DNA of 64,000 bases from Lingula anatina (taxonomy: Eukaryota > Animalia > Brachiopoda): positions 16,902,651 through 16,966,650 of the forward strand of contig CM120647.1 of the NCBI GenBank assembly GCA_051362555.1, in the 5' to 3' direction. Position 1 is the first letter of the stretch, and each line of letters begins with the position of its first letter. The position numbers and the translations under genes were made by a program. This document shows positions 51,790 to 64,000 of the stretch, piece by piece. Under the pieces are notes generated by a model. The model searched no databases. It had not been told where the DNA came from and saw only the letters and a list, made by a program, of their open reading frames with translations.

Positions 51790-52771
51790 TACAAAAGGCG
51801 TAGTAGCAGTGGGTAGATGGGGTGACTATTTGCAGATTCATGTGCATGATGACGGTGCACCAAAGAATACTATTTCTGATGACGATTTAGTAAAGATATT
51901 AAAGAAACACAGGATTCGTGAAGACAAAATTCTAATCGTCCGCCAATCCCAACGACCACAACATGTTTTGTTCAGCGCTGCCCCTGCCCCTGGATCTAAA
52001 ATTCACAGGAACAGCATGGATCACCCAAAATATGGTACTCTTGGAGCTTATGCCAGTCCCTCGGATGATTTGAAAAGTGGCTATGTTTTGACATGCTGGC
52101 ACGTTACACAAAATTGCAAAGAATTTTACTTGGCAACTAATGGGCCAGAGGACACTGGAACAGCTGCAGCACCTGCAAATTGCATCAAAGGAAAGTGCGT
52201 TTTGCCTATCGAGCCTGGAGATCCTATAGGAAGCAAAATCGATCTGTCGATTATAAAGTTTAATGACATCAAAAAGAAACAGCAGGATGCGACTGCCTTG
52301 CAAACAATTCATGACGTTAATTCGCTCATTGGTAAAGAAGTGTTTAAAGTGGGTGCTACGACGAAGAAAACAACCGGCACAATCATTGGTACCGATTACT
52401 TTTTATTGGACGAACAAGAAGCAAGCGAAAAACTTATTTTAATCCTTCCAGATCCAGCGTGCACATCTACGAGATTTTCAAGAGGAGGTGACAGTGGATC
52501 TGTTGTACATTTGAAAGACAATGAAAACTTGGCTTCTATGGTTACTGGTGAACTTCAAAATTTTGATTATTATGATAATCGCTGTGAACCCCCCAAACTA
52601 ATAAAGGGTGGCCCAAGTTTGACAACCTCGTTTTCGATTTACGAGGGGTTAATGGCAGCTTCGAAAAGAGAAAATAGACAGTGGTCAATTTTCAGCCCCA
52701 CGGCATTCGAATGTGGCATGAATAGAGAATGCCCAGCATCGGGATCGCTTTTTGAAGCAGCAAATTCGTAA
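51790..52771 (+). CDS. Trypsin-fold serine protease, Nal1-like/peptidase S64-like; terminal coding exon 4
   Basis: Acceptor ATTTTAG at 51789. Motifs GVVAVG..LQIHV, YGTLGA, LTCWHV (His 52100), IDLSII (Asp 52241), VFKVGATTKKTTGTI and FSRGGDSGSVV (Ser 52493). There is no signal peptide and no ATG at the ORF start. Confidence 0.85.
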
Positions 52772-52997
52772 TGGAGTAATGGAAATGATGAAGTCCCGGC
52801 ACAGATGAAACCACCAATCCAAGAGTCAGAGGACATGTGCACAAAAAGGATTAATTAACTCAGAAATAGGTGTACTGATATAGCTGAAAATCGGCATGCA
52901 TAGAGTATCATGCTGAATGGGTACTTACCGTTTCACAAATGTTTCCTTCCATTAAAATTTATTTTTATATAAATTTGAAAAGTTGACTGGAAAAATG

Positions 52998-52998
<1 letters not shown>

Positions 52999-53062
<64 letters not shown>
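52999..53062. repeat. (TA)n microsatellite
   Basis: Visible directly. Confidence 0.95.
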
Positions 53063-53065
<3 letters not shown>

Positions 53066-56000
53066 CTATGCCTAAGAAGCCCTGACCCCATCTTAATTAG
53101 GTCCTGGCTGGGCCAAGTTTTAATGGTGTCTTTGCATTGTTAACGGTATAATGGGCAAGTTAATTGATCAAATTAATTGGTCAAGCTGCCAGTTTGTATG
53201 GATTGTGTAGGGGATTTCTTAGATCAAAGCACATACCTGTATTATGAGACTTTTCCACGTAAACCTTGTGATCTTCATTAATCAAGCAAATTTTAATCAA
53301 TCAGCTGTGAAAAACTCAGGTAGACAACAAGTTGCATTGACTGTGATCAGGCTGATCAAAACCATCTTTAAAAGAGATGAAATCTAGATAATTAAAATAA
53401 CACACTAACAAATGGCAGTCCACCTTTAATTTAACATTTCTTTGGTTAATGTTACTAAACCAGTATACACGCCTTTTTCTTTAAACATTAAACATCTTTA
53501 AAAGTATCATCCTAAGATGTATTTTACAAATCACGGGTGATGACATATTTTACAAATCACAAGTGTTAATTTGTAAAGTGGGGGTGTGGGTGCCAGTGAA
53601 TGGATTATGTGACGTGTATTTAAACGTGATCACTTTGTTAACAGTATAGCACTAGAAGACGTCTATGTTATACGTTGTATGAGCTATCAGACGTGTATTA
53701 ACGTGATAATTTCTTTGAAGTTATTGCTGTTTTTAGTATTATTTTCATAAGTAAATACATTTTGTGTGTCCACGAAATGCGCCTGATGAAATCACACTGT
53801 ACTTCAATAAATTTTGGAACAGATACATGAATAGCTATTATGCTGCGGGCACTTAGATTGGATTGAGATTGCAACTTTGGAAAAATATCCACAAATAATA
53901 TTATGGTGACATGACAGGATTTTGGAGACCTAAAATGGGCGGTCTGGAAATATAATAAAAACTGACGTAAAACCTGGTTTTATGATAATTGACATGCGTA
54001 TTTAATTTGTAGGCCAATACCAGTAAATATGAGGATAAATATCTATCAAAAATCAATCTGGATATAGAATGCGTCGAAGTTTTAGTAGTTGTCTTAAATG
54101 GAACGATATTTGATTGCCAATCAAGATGTAAGATGTGTTGTCGCTTTAAATCAGTGCTCATTTGGGTAATAAATGCTTATTAGCTAAAAGATTAATGTCT
54201 CTCAGATTTGAGGAATCAAACATGTACATGTGTACTTTGCCTACAAAATTAAAACATTACATAAAGTTTTTTCTGTCTCTATTTCCTTCTTTCTTTTCCC
54301 TTTTTTGAACTGTTAAATTACTATTGTAATAAAGATTTAAACATTTTTCTCCATTCCCTCTCAATAAGACATTCATATTTTGGCGATGTGAGTCGCAGAG
54401 CATTTGGACTTATGAAGTTGGTGGATCGTTATGTCATAACTGTAGGGATTACTTGATAAATGGGCTAATATCTTGTTAAAGAGAAAATGTTTCGGACTTA
54501 CACAGACCGAACCACGTTTGTATGATCGACAAAGGTGAAATTACAAAATTTTACTACCATTCTGTGAGTCACGACAGATAGGCACCTATCATAATTCAGA
54601 CCCAGAATAATTTAGCTAATAAAAATTCGGGGATATTCTCTTGACTTCCAGACTACCCGTATGTTCTAAAAGACCGAAGAATTTTGGACACCTTTAGATT
54701 TTTTTCTTATCTTCACAAAAACGTTGTTTGTGGCATTTTTAAGCTGGCTGTGCTCATATGGATTATTTTTCTCATCAGTCATATTTAACCACGCTATGTC
54801 CTTGTGCCGCTTCGTTTCGTACATTTGCACTCTGTGGGTCATCTTTAATTTTTTTTCTTTTTTATTAAAAATGACAGCCTTGTTAAGGGTGTTTCTTATC
54901 TGTCTTTATTCAGATGGTTTATTTTTTTACGACAGATAAGCACACTGTAGATGGTTAACCACCTCTTCTTCTGTTTCCCACCAGATATAAGCACATTGAA
55001 TGACTTAAACATCAACTTTCCAGGATCTGAGGCTTTTTAGTTCTACTATTTGTCATTTCAATCCATTCAAAAACAGGACTTGAAAGAGTCAACAAGACTA
55101 GGCGCTTCCTTCGACGGCCATATTCTACTTCTACCAGAGGGGAATAACCATCAAGTCTGCGTAAAATGAGAACGTATATTTGGATACCAATTCTGGTTTG
55201 GTTAGCGGTGACAAAAGAGGCAGTTACATGTACATGTCAAAAAGTTGAAAGAGCAGGTAAGATGAAATAACTAGAAAACAATCCAAGACCGCAGATCATC
55301 GTCAGGGGCCCCTTTTTCACAAATAATCTTGGGAGAAGTGACCCAGCTGGGTCGACTACCCTGTAGCCAACTCGAAGTGTTTCTGTTCTAAAGAATCTTG
55401 TCTTAGCTCATAGTCAACGGTCGAGAAACTATTCACAATAGGAGGTGGAAAATCCAAAAGTTTTTTTTTACAAGACATGACGTTTCATGGCACCACGACC
55501 GAATGAGTTGATGAACAACAAAATCGGACGAAATATAGCAATGTTTTTTTTTTCAAACTTTTTGATTAGTTTAACTTAAATACATGATTAAAAAAACGTG
55601 AAACGTCAGTTCGTCTTAGAATGCTGCCAATCGGACATCTAGCGGTGAACAGTATAAACAAACTGCGGTCAGCTGGGTGATGTTGCATTTTGTTTTTTAT
55701 TTAAAAGTCAATAAATTTCAGTAAAATTCAAAGATATTATAGCACAATATCTTAAAGAAGGAATGTACTTTCGAAAATTCCACATTTCAAAAGAGATGCC
55801 GTCGCTGCAGGGGCCTAGCAATAAATCTCGGAACCGAGATTTAATCCATTTAATGGCGCGTGTGGAGGCGGGGAAGCCATCAGGAGTCAGGAACATCTCT
55901 TTGAAGTGTGGTCGGCCATATTTAGTCGGGCGGATCAGTTAGTACTTGGATCATCTATTCTGAATGGGGCCTAACTTGGACTTAAGGCACCTCCCATAGA

Positions 56001-56510
56001 GGCTAAGCTTTGTAGACCAGTAGTTAAGAAAACCAAAAGCGAGCGATCTTTTATATTTTTCGTGAAACGCGACTTAGTGACTCACGGACTTACGTTGTTA
56101 ACCAAGCTCTAAGTCAGGGAACCCTATTTGATATTGTTGTGAAAGGGGGGGGGGGGGGGGGTAGTGGGCGGATAATCGCCAAGGTAAAATAGAGTTTAAC
56201 CTGTAATATTATATTAGCAGACCCAGATTGAGATGAAATTGCAATCACCTCCTGAATACCGAATCTATCATGACAGATGTGCAGGTCACAACTCACAACC
56301 TATCAATTCGGGTTTCATACACTGTAGTTCCATTACATATTTATACACGTGAGATTAATGGGTTATTTATAAATGGGATAGTGTTCAGTCTTTTTAAGAA
56401 AATCCAAGGCTGTAAGATAGTGTAATCCTAATATTATACATGCATATTGTAGACAAAAAAGTGCATGGCGACAAACGCTCTGCACTATACATGTACTTGA
56501 TATTCCACAG

Positions 56511-56653
56511 ATTGCTGTTGTCCACATCCAGACTGTGGCTCCATCTATCGGTCGGGCGTACATCAGAGCGGTGTTTACTGGCTCAGACCGTATGATAACA
56601 AAGGAGGGTTCTGGGCGTATTCTGACATGTTGACTGACGGGGGCGGATGGACG
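56511..56653 (+). CDS. FReD protein B, first fibrinogen-domain exon
   Basis: 143 nt, nearly identical to 4537-4679, encoding (D)CCCPHPDCGSIYRSG...WAYSDMLTDGGGWT with CAG/GTAAGA boundaries. Confidence 0.88.
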
Positions 56654-56668
56654 GTAAGAATCTCCCCC

Positions 56669-56705
<37 letters not shown>

Positions 56706-56812
56706 GCATGCTGGCACAATAAATTATATATTTCACTTTTCTTATGATATTTGCTACAGTTTGTATTCATCTTAAATTGTCTTCTCCTTTAACACATGTA
56801 ACTTTTATAGTA

Positions 56813-59531
56813 CACTGTAAAAACAGTGTTTAGCACGTAAACACATTTCTAAGCGCCTGTTTTGTCTCATTTTTTCGACGCGTTTAGCTCCTTTGCACGT
56901 TAAGATCCTTTACATGTTACACGCTTTGACGTGTTTGACGCCTTTTAAATGTAGGGTGTATTTGCTTATACCCCCTTTACACTGGACGGCGTTCTTTCTG
57001 CGTCCTTTCTGCGACCATGAAATTTGGCATCGTTGTGGTGTTAATAAGGAGGCACGAGCATTGATTTTGTATCAGAATGAATGCTTAATGATCGGCCAGT
57101 TGTCGGCACGTAAAGTATCATAATTTTTAACTCTCAAATGGGGCCGTACTGCTGGACGCAGAAAGGACGCCGTCCAGTGTAAAGGGGCCCTTAACTTTTA
57201 GGTGGTAAGGGCTTCAACTGTTTTAGTCACACGCGCGCGCGCACACACACACACTCGAATTTACGGTCACCTGTAACTGCTATAGTTATCTCTGTCTATA
57301 AAAGGGTACGGTGAACTATCAGCATAGTTCACTCACTTAACACATTTGCACATTTGCAGCGGAACTTATTCATCCTTGTGTTAGCTGATCTTGCGAGGAA
57401 GTTTATTGGAATAGATTTCTGAAAATCAAGTTAGGAAAATTCACTAGTGTGGAATCCTGCATAAATTCCACATTGTGTAGTCATAGTTAATCAACATGTT
57501 ATTATCTAATTTGCGTCTGTCCTGTATACATTTAAATATTATTTTCTGTAAAGGCCCATAGGTAGGCCTATGCTTGAGACAGATGCATATCACCTGTTAA
57601 TATTGCACAACAATTAGTATGTAAATAAGTAGCAGCCACATGTACACGTATGTAAATAAGAAGCAGCCACATGTACGCATAGATTCCCTGTAGATGATAT
57701 GTATATAACTTGAAACTTGTCCATAATAAAGACTTTTGATCTGAGACTGAAGATGTGAGGTTGTTCTGTTATGCTTCTCTGTGCACGTAAAGTGAAAGAC
57801 TGAGTCGAATCTGGAGTCATGTCGGAGCCCATAGATTAGTTAATTCGTTAATGGAAATTGATACACTGGAATTCAGTACAGTTATAAATTAAAGTTAAAG
57901 TCATTTTAGACGGTTCACAACACTAGTTTACTAAAAAACACAAAAAAGCTAACACTTTTACTTTAAAACATTTTTTTCATATTTTGATAAAATGCGTTAC
58001 AGTATTGATGTCTATTTATTTTTTCCGGACAATAGAACAATAGAACACCTGGATGATGATGGGGTATTCATAATAATGGTTTATTAAAGCATTTATCGCA
58101 TGCTGGTTATTTTGGTAACGATAGTCCGAATATTTAACAAATCGCACCGCTATAGTCGCCTACTAACCCCAAGCCCAATTTAGAATAAACCGCTAACTAG
58201 TTCATCCAGCACCAAGATGTAATAAACGGATAAATACGATCTTAGTACAGCATAAGACGTGTTTTGGTTATCTATAAAAAAGGTTTTCAAAACATTAAAT
58301 ATTGTTTTTCCAGAATGTTATAAAACGCTTATAAAACCGCAGGGGCATCATTTTGCATGGAGTTAAAAACACCCATAACGTAACCATAACGTTATTCTAT
58401 ACCATCACCGTCATGTAATCAGCTGATAACGTCGTGGATTTCTTAATTGGATTATTACTTAATATGCCTATTTTAAATAATCACACATTACTGCAAGGAA
58501 GGACACAACGCGTTCGAGCAAGCTGCTCCACGCCTCCTACAGCTCCATACGTCTACAAGGGGAAGTGTTAAGCCAAATTGTTGAGTCTTGTAATAATCTT
58601 GTTATGGGATCGTATACATGGGATTGTGAAGAATTTTTTTCTGTGACAAGCTTGAAAAGCTAAAAACGTGTTGTTCAGCAGCTCCACGCGTTTAGGAGTT
58701 CCACACCTATAGCAGCTCCATATGTTTAGCAGCCTCACGCGCCTAGCAGGGAAAGTACTTAGCCAATGTGCTTAGCTTGTGATAGACTTGTTATAGAATG
58801 CCGGTGTGGCGTGTACCGCCGGGAGCGTGAACCATCCGTTCTGCACATGCGCACTAAGCGCAGGCAAATCTGAGGGAGTTCCGGCGTGTACAGACCGTCT
58901 CTATAGAGTCGTCAATACATTCTTAGCCTTTAATAAACACGCGCTGTTGAGAACATACTGCAAATTCAAACATAATCTTCAGAAGTATTCATATCTTATA
59001 GACGTTCACCTCTACTGCTATTTCTCTCAGGTGGCAATATCAACACACTAGCCTAGTAAAATCAATACTAAAATAGTAGCGAGCAGCTGAATAACGACGG
59101 CCCGTCCACGGTAGTTTCATCTATGCGTCGAAATGTAATTTGATGCTGATTCTCTATCAAAATTATCAATTAAAACATGAATTTTTTCCCCATCATAGTT
59201 AATGTATAATGAGGTAGGAAATGAACTAGCCGAATATACCTGTAACAGTACAGGTGAATAACAACGGATCATTCACGGAACGGCTCATACACGCTGCTGT
59301 TGCGTGTACAATCGGTCAGGACGGATGGTTCACGCAGAACGGACCGTACACGTGACACCTGTGAAGTTAAACACATAGCTTAACGTGTAACACTGCCAAC
59401 GTGTCTAGTTTTTTCTTCTGTGAAACGCTTGAAAAACTTTACGTGCTTAGCTTTTACACATATTTCTAAATGCGTATAGGTGCCGAACGTGTGTTGTATG
59501 TATTTAAATGCTAAACACTGTTTTTACAGTG
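56813..59531. mobile_element. Non-autonomous DNA transposon with CACTG termini (CACTA/EnSpm-like ends) in a FReD B intron
   Basis: 23-bp TIR CACTGTAAAAACAGTGTTTAGCA with TA on both sides. It is absent from the equivalent short intron of paralog A. It contains a nested MITE and pieces similar to 42530-42700. Confidence 0.8.
56971..57187. mobile_element. MITE nested in the CACTG element
   Basis: TIR CCCCTTTACACTGGACGGCGT(T/C)CTTTCTGCGTCC at both ends. Confidence 0.8.
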
Positions 59532-59631
59532 TACAATGTATCATTAACTCATCATTTTTGGATATTGTCGATCTGAAAGCATAAACCTAAAAAGAGATTG
59601 GGTTTATGCAAGAGAGTTTACTTATCAACAG

Positions 59632-59728
59632 GTGTTCCAGAGACGCAAAGATGGTTCCGTTGATTTTTACCGTGGCTGGGAGGAATACAAAGAAGGGTTT
59701 GGATATCCCAATAGTGAACACTGGCTTG
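59632..59728 (+). CDS. FReD protein B, internal exon
   Basis: 97 nt encoding [32 protein letters not shown](G), with CAG/GTAAGG boundaries. Confidence 0.9.
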
Positions 59729-59877
59729 GTAAGGCTTTGTGATCAAAATAGAATCGGCTTTGAGAACTCTTGGTTACTTTATTATGGCACTAGGGAGTGC
59801 AAGGCAAAATTTAAAGCTTGATAAATTTTTTATTAACACAGGCACATTTTGGTCATGTCACCCATGGTTATTTCCAG

Positions 59878-60293
59878 GGAACGAGTTCCTCCACCGCTTG
59901 ACGGGACAGAGGCTGTACGCTTTGAGAGTAGACTTGAGAGACGGTAACGGCACCGAAGCCTACTCCAAGTCCTCCCTCTTTAAAATCAGCGATGAGGCTG
60001 AGAAGTACAAGCTTACTTTGGGGGACTACTCGGGAACGGCCGGCGGTCCCATGACTGGTAACGGAAAACCTTTCACTACGAAGGACCGGGACAACGACGA
60101 TCACGCTGGGAACTGTGCTACGATGTACAAAGGAGCGTGGTGGTACACAAAATGCCATGCTACTAACCTGAATGGGCGCTACTACAACGGACCGCACGAC
60201 TCCTATGCTGATGGTGTGAATTATCAGCAGTTTAGAGGATACCATTACTCGCTTCCATTCACTGAGATGAAGATACGCCCAGTTGATTTTTAA
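59878..60293 (+). CDS. FReD protein B, terminal exon
   Basis: Acceptor TTTCCAG, 416 nt encoding GNEFLHRLT...GAWWYTKCHATNLNG...EMKIRPVDF, and AATAAA at ~60343 and ~60358. Confidence 0.93.
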
Positions 60294-63074
60294 AAAGATT
60301 ATGTTACATGTTTGTACTGGTGACTTTTAATACGAGAAGTTAAATAAACGTTTTAGCAATAAACAGAAACATGATCACACTGTCCCGTACTGGAAAATGA
60401 CCTAAGGCCTATAGTTTATCATAAATATCCAGTTGTGTTGTTTTCAAACCTGATATTGTTTTATATTAAATTCTGCTAAAAACCATCCCCAGCCTGTCAG
60501 CTGAATGTCAACACCATGTGGCGCTTAAGAATCACTGCGACCAGAGGAGAAGATATATCTTGAAAGCTCCTATGTAAGCCACAGTACTTGTACCAGTACA
60601 CCGGTACCGTATGCGTCCAGTCTCTTCACTTCTGCAGAATCCCTAACGATAAAATTACAAAAATGATTTGGTATTTGGTCAGATACTAGCAAGATACTGG
60701 TACGATTTTGTGGCCTTTTTTGGAGTTCAAATTTGTTTTAACCCAGACAAATATTATTATTTTATTCTTGAAATAAAGTTGTGTAAAGAATTGCACATGA
60801 TTTACACCGGTCTTCGTGTTCCTTTCATGCTTAATCCATCTCCATCTTGCAAACACTCTGCACTAGTTGCTGCTGCACATTTTCTGCAATTACAGAAACT
60901 CATTGATAGGGTTACAAAAAGAGAAAAGAGATAGTAGGCCCCCCTATCTTATGTCAACTTCAGATTGAATCTATCTCTGATTTGAAAAATAAGGCACTTT
61001 TGTGTCTTTAAATGTTTTCTAAATAAGGTGAACTACCCTGCAGACGACAAAGTGGTCTAGAAAAGTAAATAAGGTCTTAAAAACTTCGACTTCATGTGTC
61101 TACGACACAGATATTAAACAAAGGGCCTAGCGAAGAATGTTGGAATTGTAGCCGACAAGTTTTCTTTATTTATTTATTTATTGAGAGGGGTGGAGCGGCG
61201 GATCTTAATCTATTCTGTTACTTCCTTAAAACATTTAAATTGTGTGGATAAAATGAATCAGCAGCCAGTGTTAGATTGGAGAGGGAATGCAAAAATGTTG
61301 ATGGGTTGCTTAATGTTGAACGTGCTCACACTTCCATACTACTCGCACACTGCTCACACTAGATACATTATATATTAGATACATTTTCCTGGTCGTTCAC
61401 ACTTGAAACTAACAATCAAATTTGAATGAATTTACTACACATAAACTGCATTCCGCATAAAAAGCCATCTGCAGAATAAATAAATAAATAAATAATGAAA
61501 ATTCTCAACAGTCACGTCAACGCTGTTACTTTTCTAGACGGAAAGCACCCCCGTTTTCATTCATCTTGTTGCGTTTTAACGGTATCCTCCTCTTGGGATC
61601 CTGCTTATGAAGACTTCATATACTCATTTGGTGCCCATAGCTCGTGGTAGCAAAGGCTACTCAAAATTAAAACCACCCAGGTGTAAACTGCAATGAATCT
61701 CACCATTTGCTCTTCTAAACTTAATCTCGGTGTAATGATAATAAAAACATCCGTCGTCAGATCTGTAACCAACAATTTCAAAAGGGGGGGTATTTTATTT
61801 GAAAAAGTGTGCCTTTTTCCATGAAACCTTTGTGTACCTAGATATAATTTTACGTAGAGGGGACCTTTCCCAGCGAAAAGGGGAGTTTTTTTGCGAACCC
61901 CCCTCCCCATTCCCCCTCCCCCCGGCTACAGGCCTGCATGCTGGAAGTAGTGCCTTTCTTAATACTTAATGTGTAGGCTTATATAAAACAAAGCCTCGTA
62001 TACAATGTACGTCTTGAACTTCATCGTTAATTGATAGATCACATTTGGAGACTGGCGTTGCATCGTTTTGAAAATAACGCATTGCTGATCATTATAGGAA
62101 ATCCTGATATATGAAAATTCTCATACATTAATCAAGAAACTTAACATAAAATAGATATTAAAAAGTAAATAAACCCTTTTAATTTCGACAATACAACCTA
62201 TCCATCACGCTTGAATTAAATTATGTTAGTACATGTAGCTGACCCGGTACGTCATCACGTACATGTACACCCGTAAACCGTGCTCGCTGAATTAAAAAAA
62301 AATTAAAATTGTCCATGTCTGCGGTATCAAATTCTTATCATCCTTTTGACAACCTCTTTTTACCACTCTCCCCTCCACAGCAAAATAAAGACCTCAATCC
62401 CAGCAGTGGTTTTAAACACAACACTACAGTGACATTTGGTGCAGGTGAAGATGGACACTGTGTCACTGTGCGTAGTCCATCTCGTCATACCGTTCAGTAG
62501 CATTCCATTGTTAAACATACCTGTAATACCACAACGTCATTCAGTAATAATGTAGTCGGCCATGTATGCAGTGCGCCTACTAACTACCTACTAAACATGC
62601 AGCTTTTCACACCACCCTCAATCTAGCGCCACAGGGGGGCGGCCGGGGAGATCTTGATGATTTTGGTGATAGATACAATTACTGCCCCATACCGCACTTA
62701 CATATAAAGTGTATATGTGCAAGTACTGGTATGTACAGGTGCATAGCACACTACAGCGCGAGTGTAATATGAGTAAAGGTGCACCCCATGCATTTGAAAA
62801 TTCCCCCAAATGCTAATTTTTTTGCCATCCACAGCTTATAATAAAACCTTGCATACATCTTGAAAGCGATTTAACACATGGAATATATTTTGAAGCGTAC
62901 CTGATGTTAATATTTCAGTAGGAGTTTAAGATGGTTGATGGTTATAATGACTGGCCAGTAATTTTAAATTAAATCAGCCTTTATAAATTAAATTTAAGGT
63001 CGCACAATGAAACAATATCCTGTTACAAATGTTGGTAAATGACAAAATAATTCAATGCGTTGATGACTGATTGA

Positions 63075-64000
63075 AAACGGAGGGGCGAGTAGCTATAATC
63101 ATGTACACAAGCCAATAGATAATCCAAATATTAGTGAGATTATAACCTCATATATGATTGGTAAATATCAATGTATTCAAACACCCACTTTTCCTACTCA
63201 TTTTCCCTCCCAATTAAACCAGTGTAACAAGCAAAACAAAGTTATCCCCCGCACGAAAACGAAGTAGATACTCCAGCGCAGTAGACTACTGCAATCATAC
63301 TGCAAACATGCTTCAAATCTGCTTCGATGTGGGAGCTAATTAGCATATTTGAAACATGCTTCTATCATGCTGCTAATCTACTGCATTAATGCTCCTCCTC
63401 TGTACAACCCTATGTAATTTTTGAAGTAGAATTGCAGTAGGCTATACTGCATTTCTACTGCAAATATGCTCCACACCACTACTGCGTTAATGCTTCTTTG
63501 CTACTTCGATACTACTGCATTTTTGTGCGGGCCCCCTCCGTCCCCATGGTCATCGTTTCTATTACAGTACAATCTTTCTTGTGCACTTTAAATTTAACCA
63601 ATGTACACATGTATTCATTTTATTGGATTGATTGCTATGAAGTTCTACGAAATTGATTACAAGGTGAATCAGTATGCATCTCACCTATCACAATCGGCAG
63701 CATTGTAAATCAGTGGACGGCACAACTACCGCACTGACCCATGGAGGTCAGGTTGAGAAAAAAGAGTGCACATTGAACAAGGATATGACATCAACTGCAG
63801 TTTAGATTTGATATCATACTATTTGTTATTGCATATCGAGATTTCAGTCATGGCGTTGTGAACCGCGAGATAAGCCATTACATTGATAAATATCTTGCCA
63901 GAATTTCTTTAATTACATTTATGTGCTTGTACATGTATATTTTATTTTCTTATTTTTCTTTAAGTACGATCTGCATTTAATTTTGCTAGGAGACCAATTT
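63075..64000 (+). repeat. Direct paralog of ~5590-6510, with an inverted MITE at 63248-63530
   Basis: Shared blocks such as CCAAATATTA(A/G)TGAGATTATAACC, CAGTGGACGGCACAACTACCGCACTGACCC and TTTTGCTAGGAGACCAATTT. Confidence 0.88.

Noticed and set aside
51809-52771. Protease as a stand-alone bacterial gene or contaminant
   Set aside because: It starts at GTG with no obvious RBS, is preceded by an in-phase splice acceptor, and is embedded in animal repeats and microsatellites.
59739-59877. N-terminal extension of ORF 59739-60293
   Set aside because: It is intron sequence between the donor at 59729 and the acceptor at 59877.

Overview
AT-rich, intron-containing, repeat-rich animal (invertebrate-like) genomic DNA with no sign of prokaryotic operon organisation; the species cannot be determined from the sequence. 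The main feature is one + strand spliced gene that the ORF track splits into three pieces. Canonical GT-AG junctions with matching phases join an APAF-1-like CARD exon (25399-25711), a 6.4-kb NB-ARC/STAND + TPR exon (44772-51144), a 66-nt linker exon (51353-51418) and a Nal1/S64-like trypsin-fold serine protease exon (51790-52771). The predicted product is an ~2577-aa CARD-NB-ARC-TPR-protease receptor whose TPR region contains a recently amplified 987-nt (329-aa) higher-order repeat. Two outward-facing fibrinogen-domain (FReD) paralogs with identical exon sizes flank it, which suggests an innate-immune cluster. The rest is transposon debris: two Tc1-like copies, CR1/L2-type LINEs, a solo LTR, a Helentron-like element with a 161-bp array, a THAP-bearing element, a CACTG element and several MITEs, plus local segmental duplications. 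All family assignments come from motif recognition by eye, not database searches.
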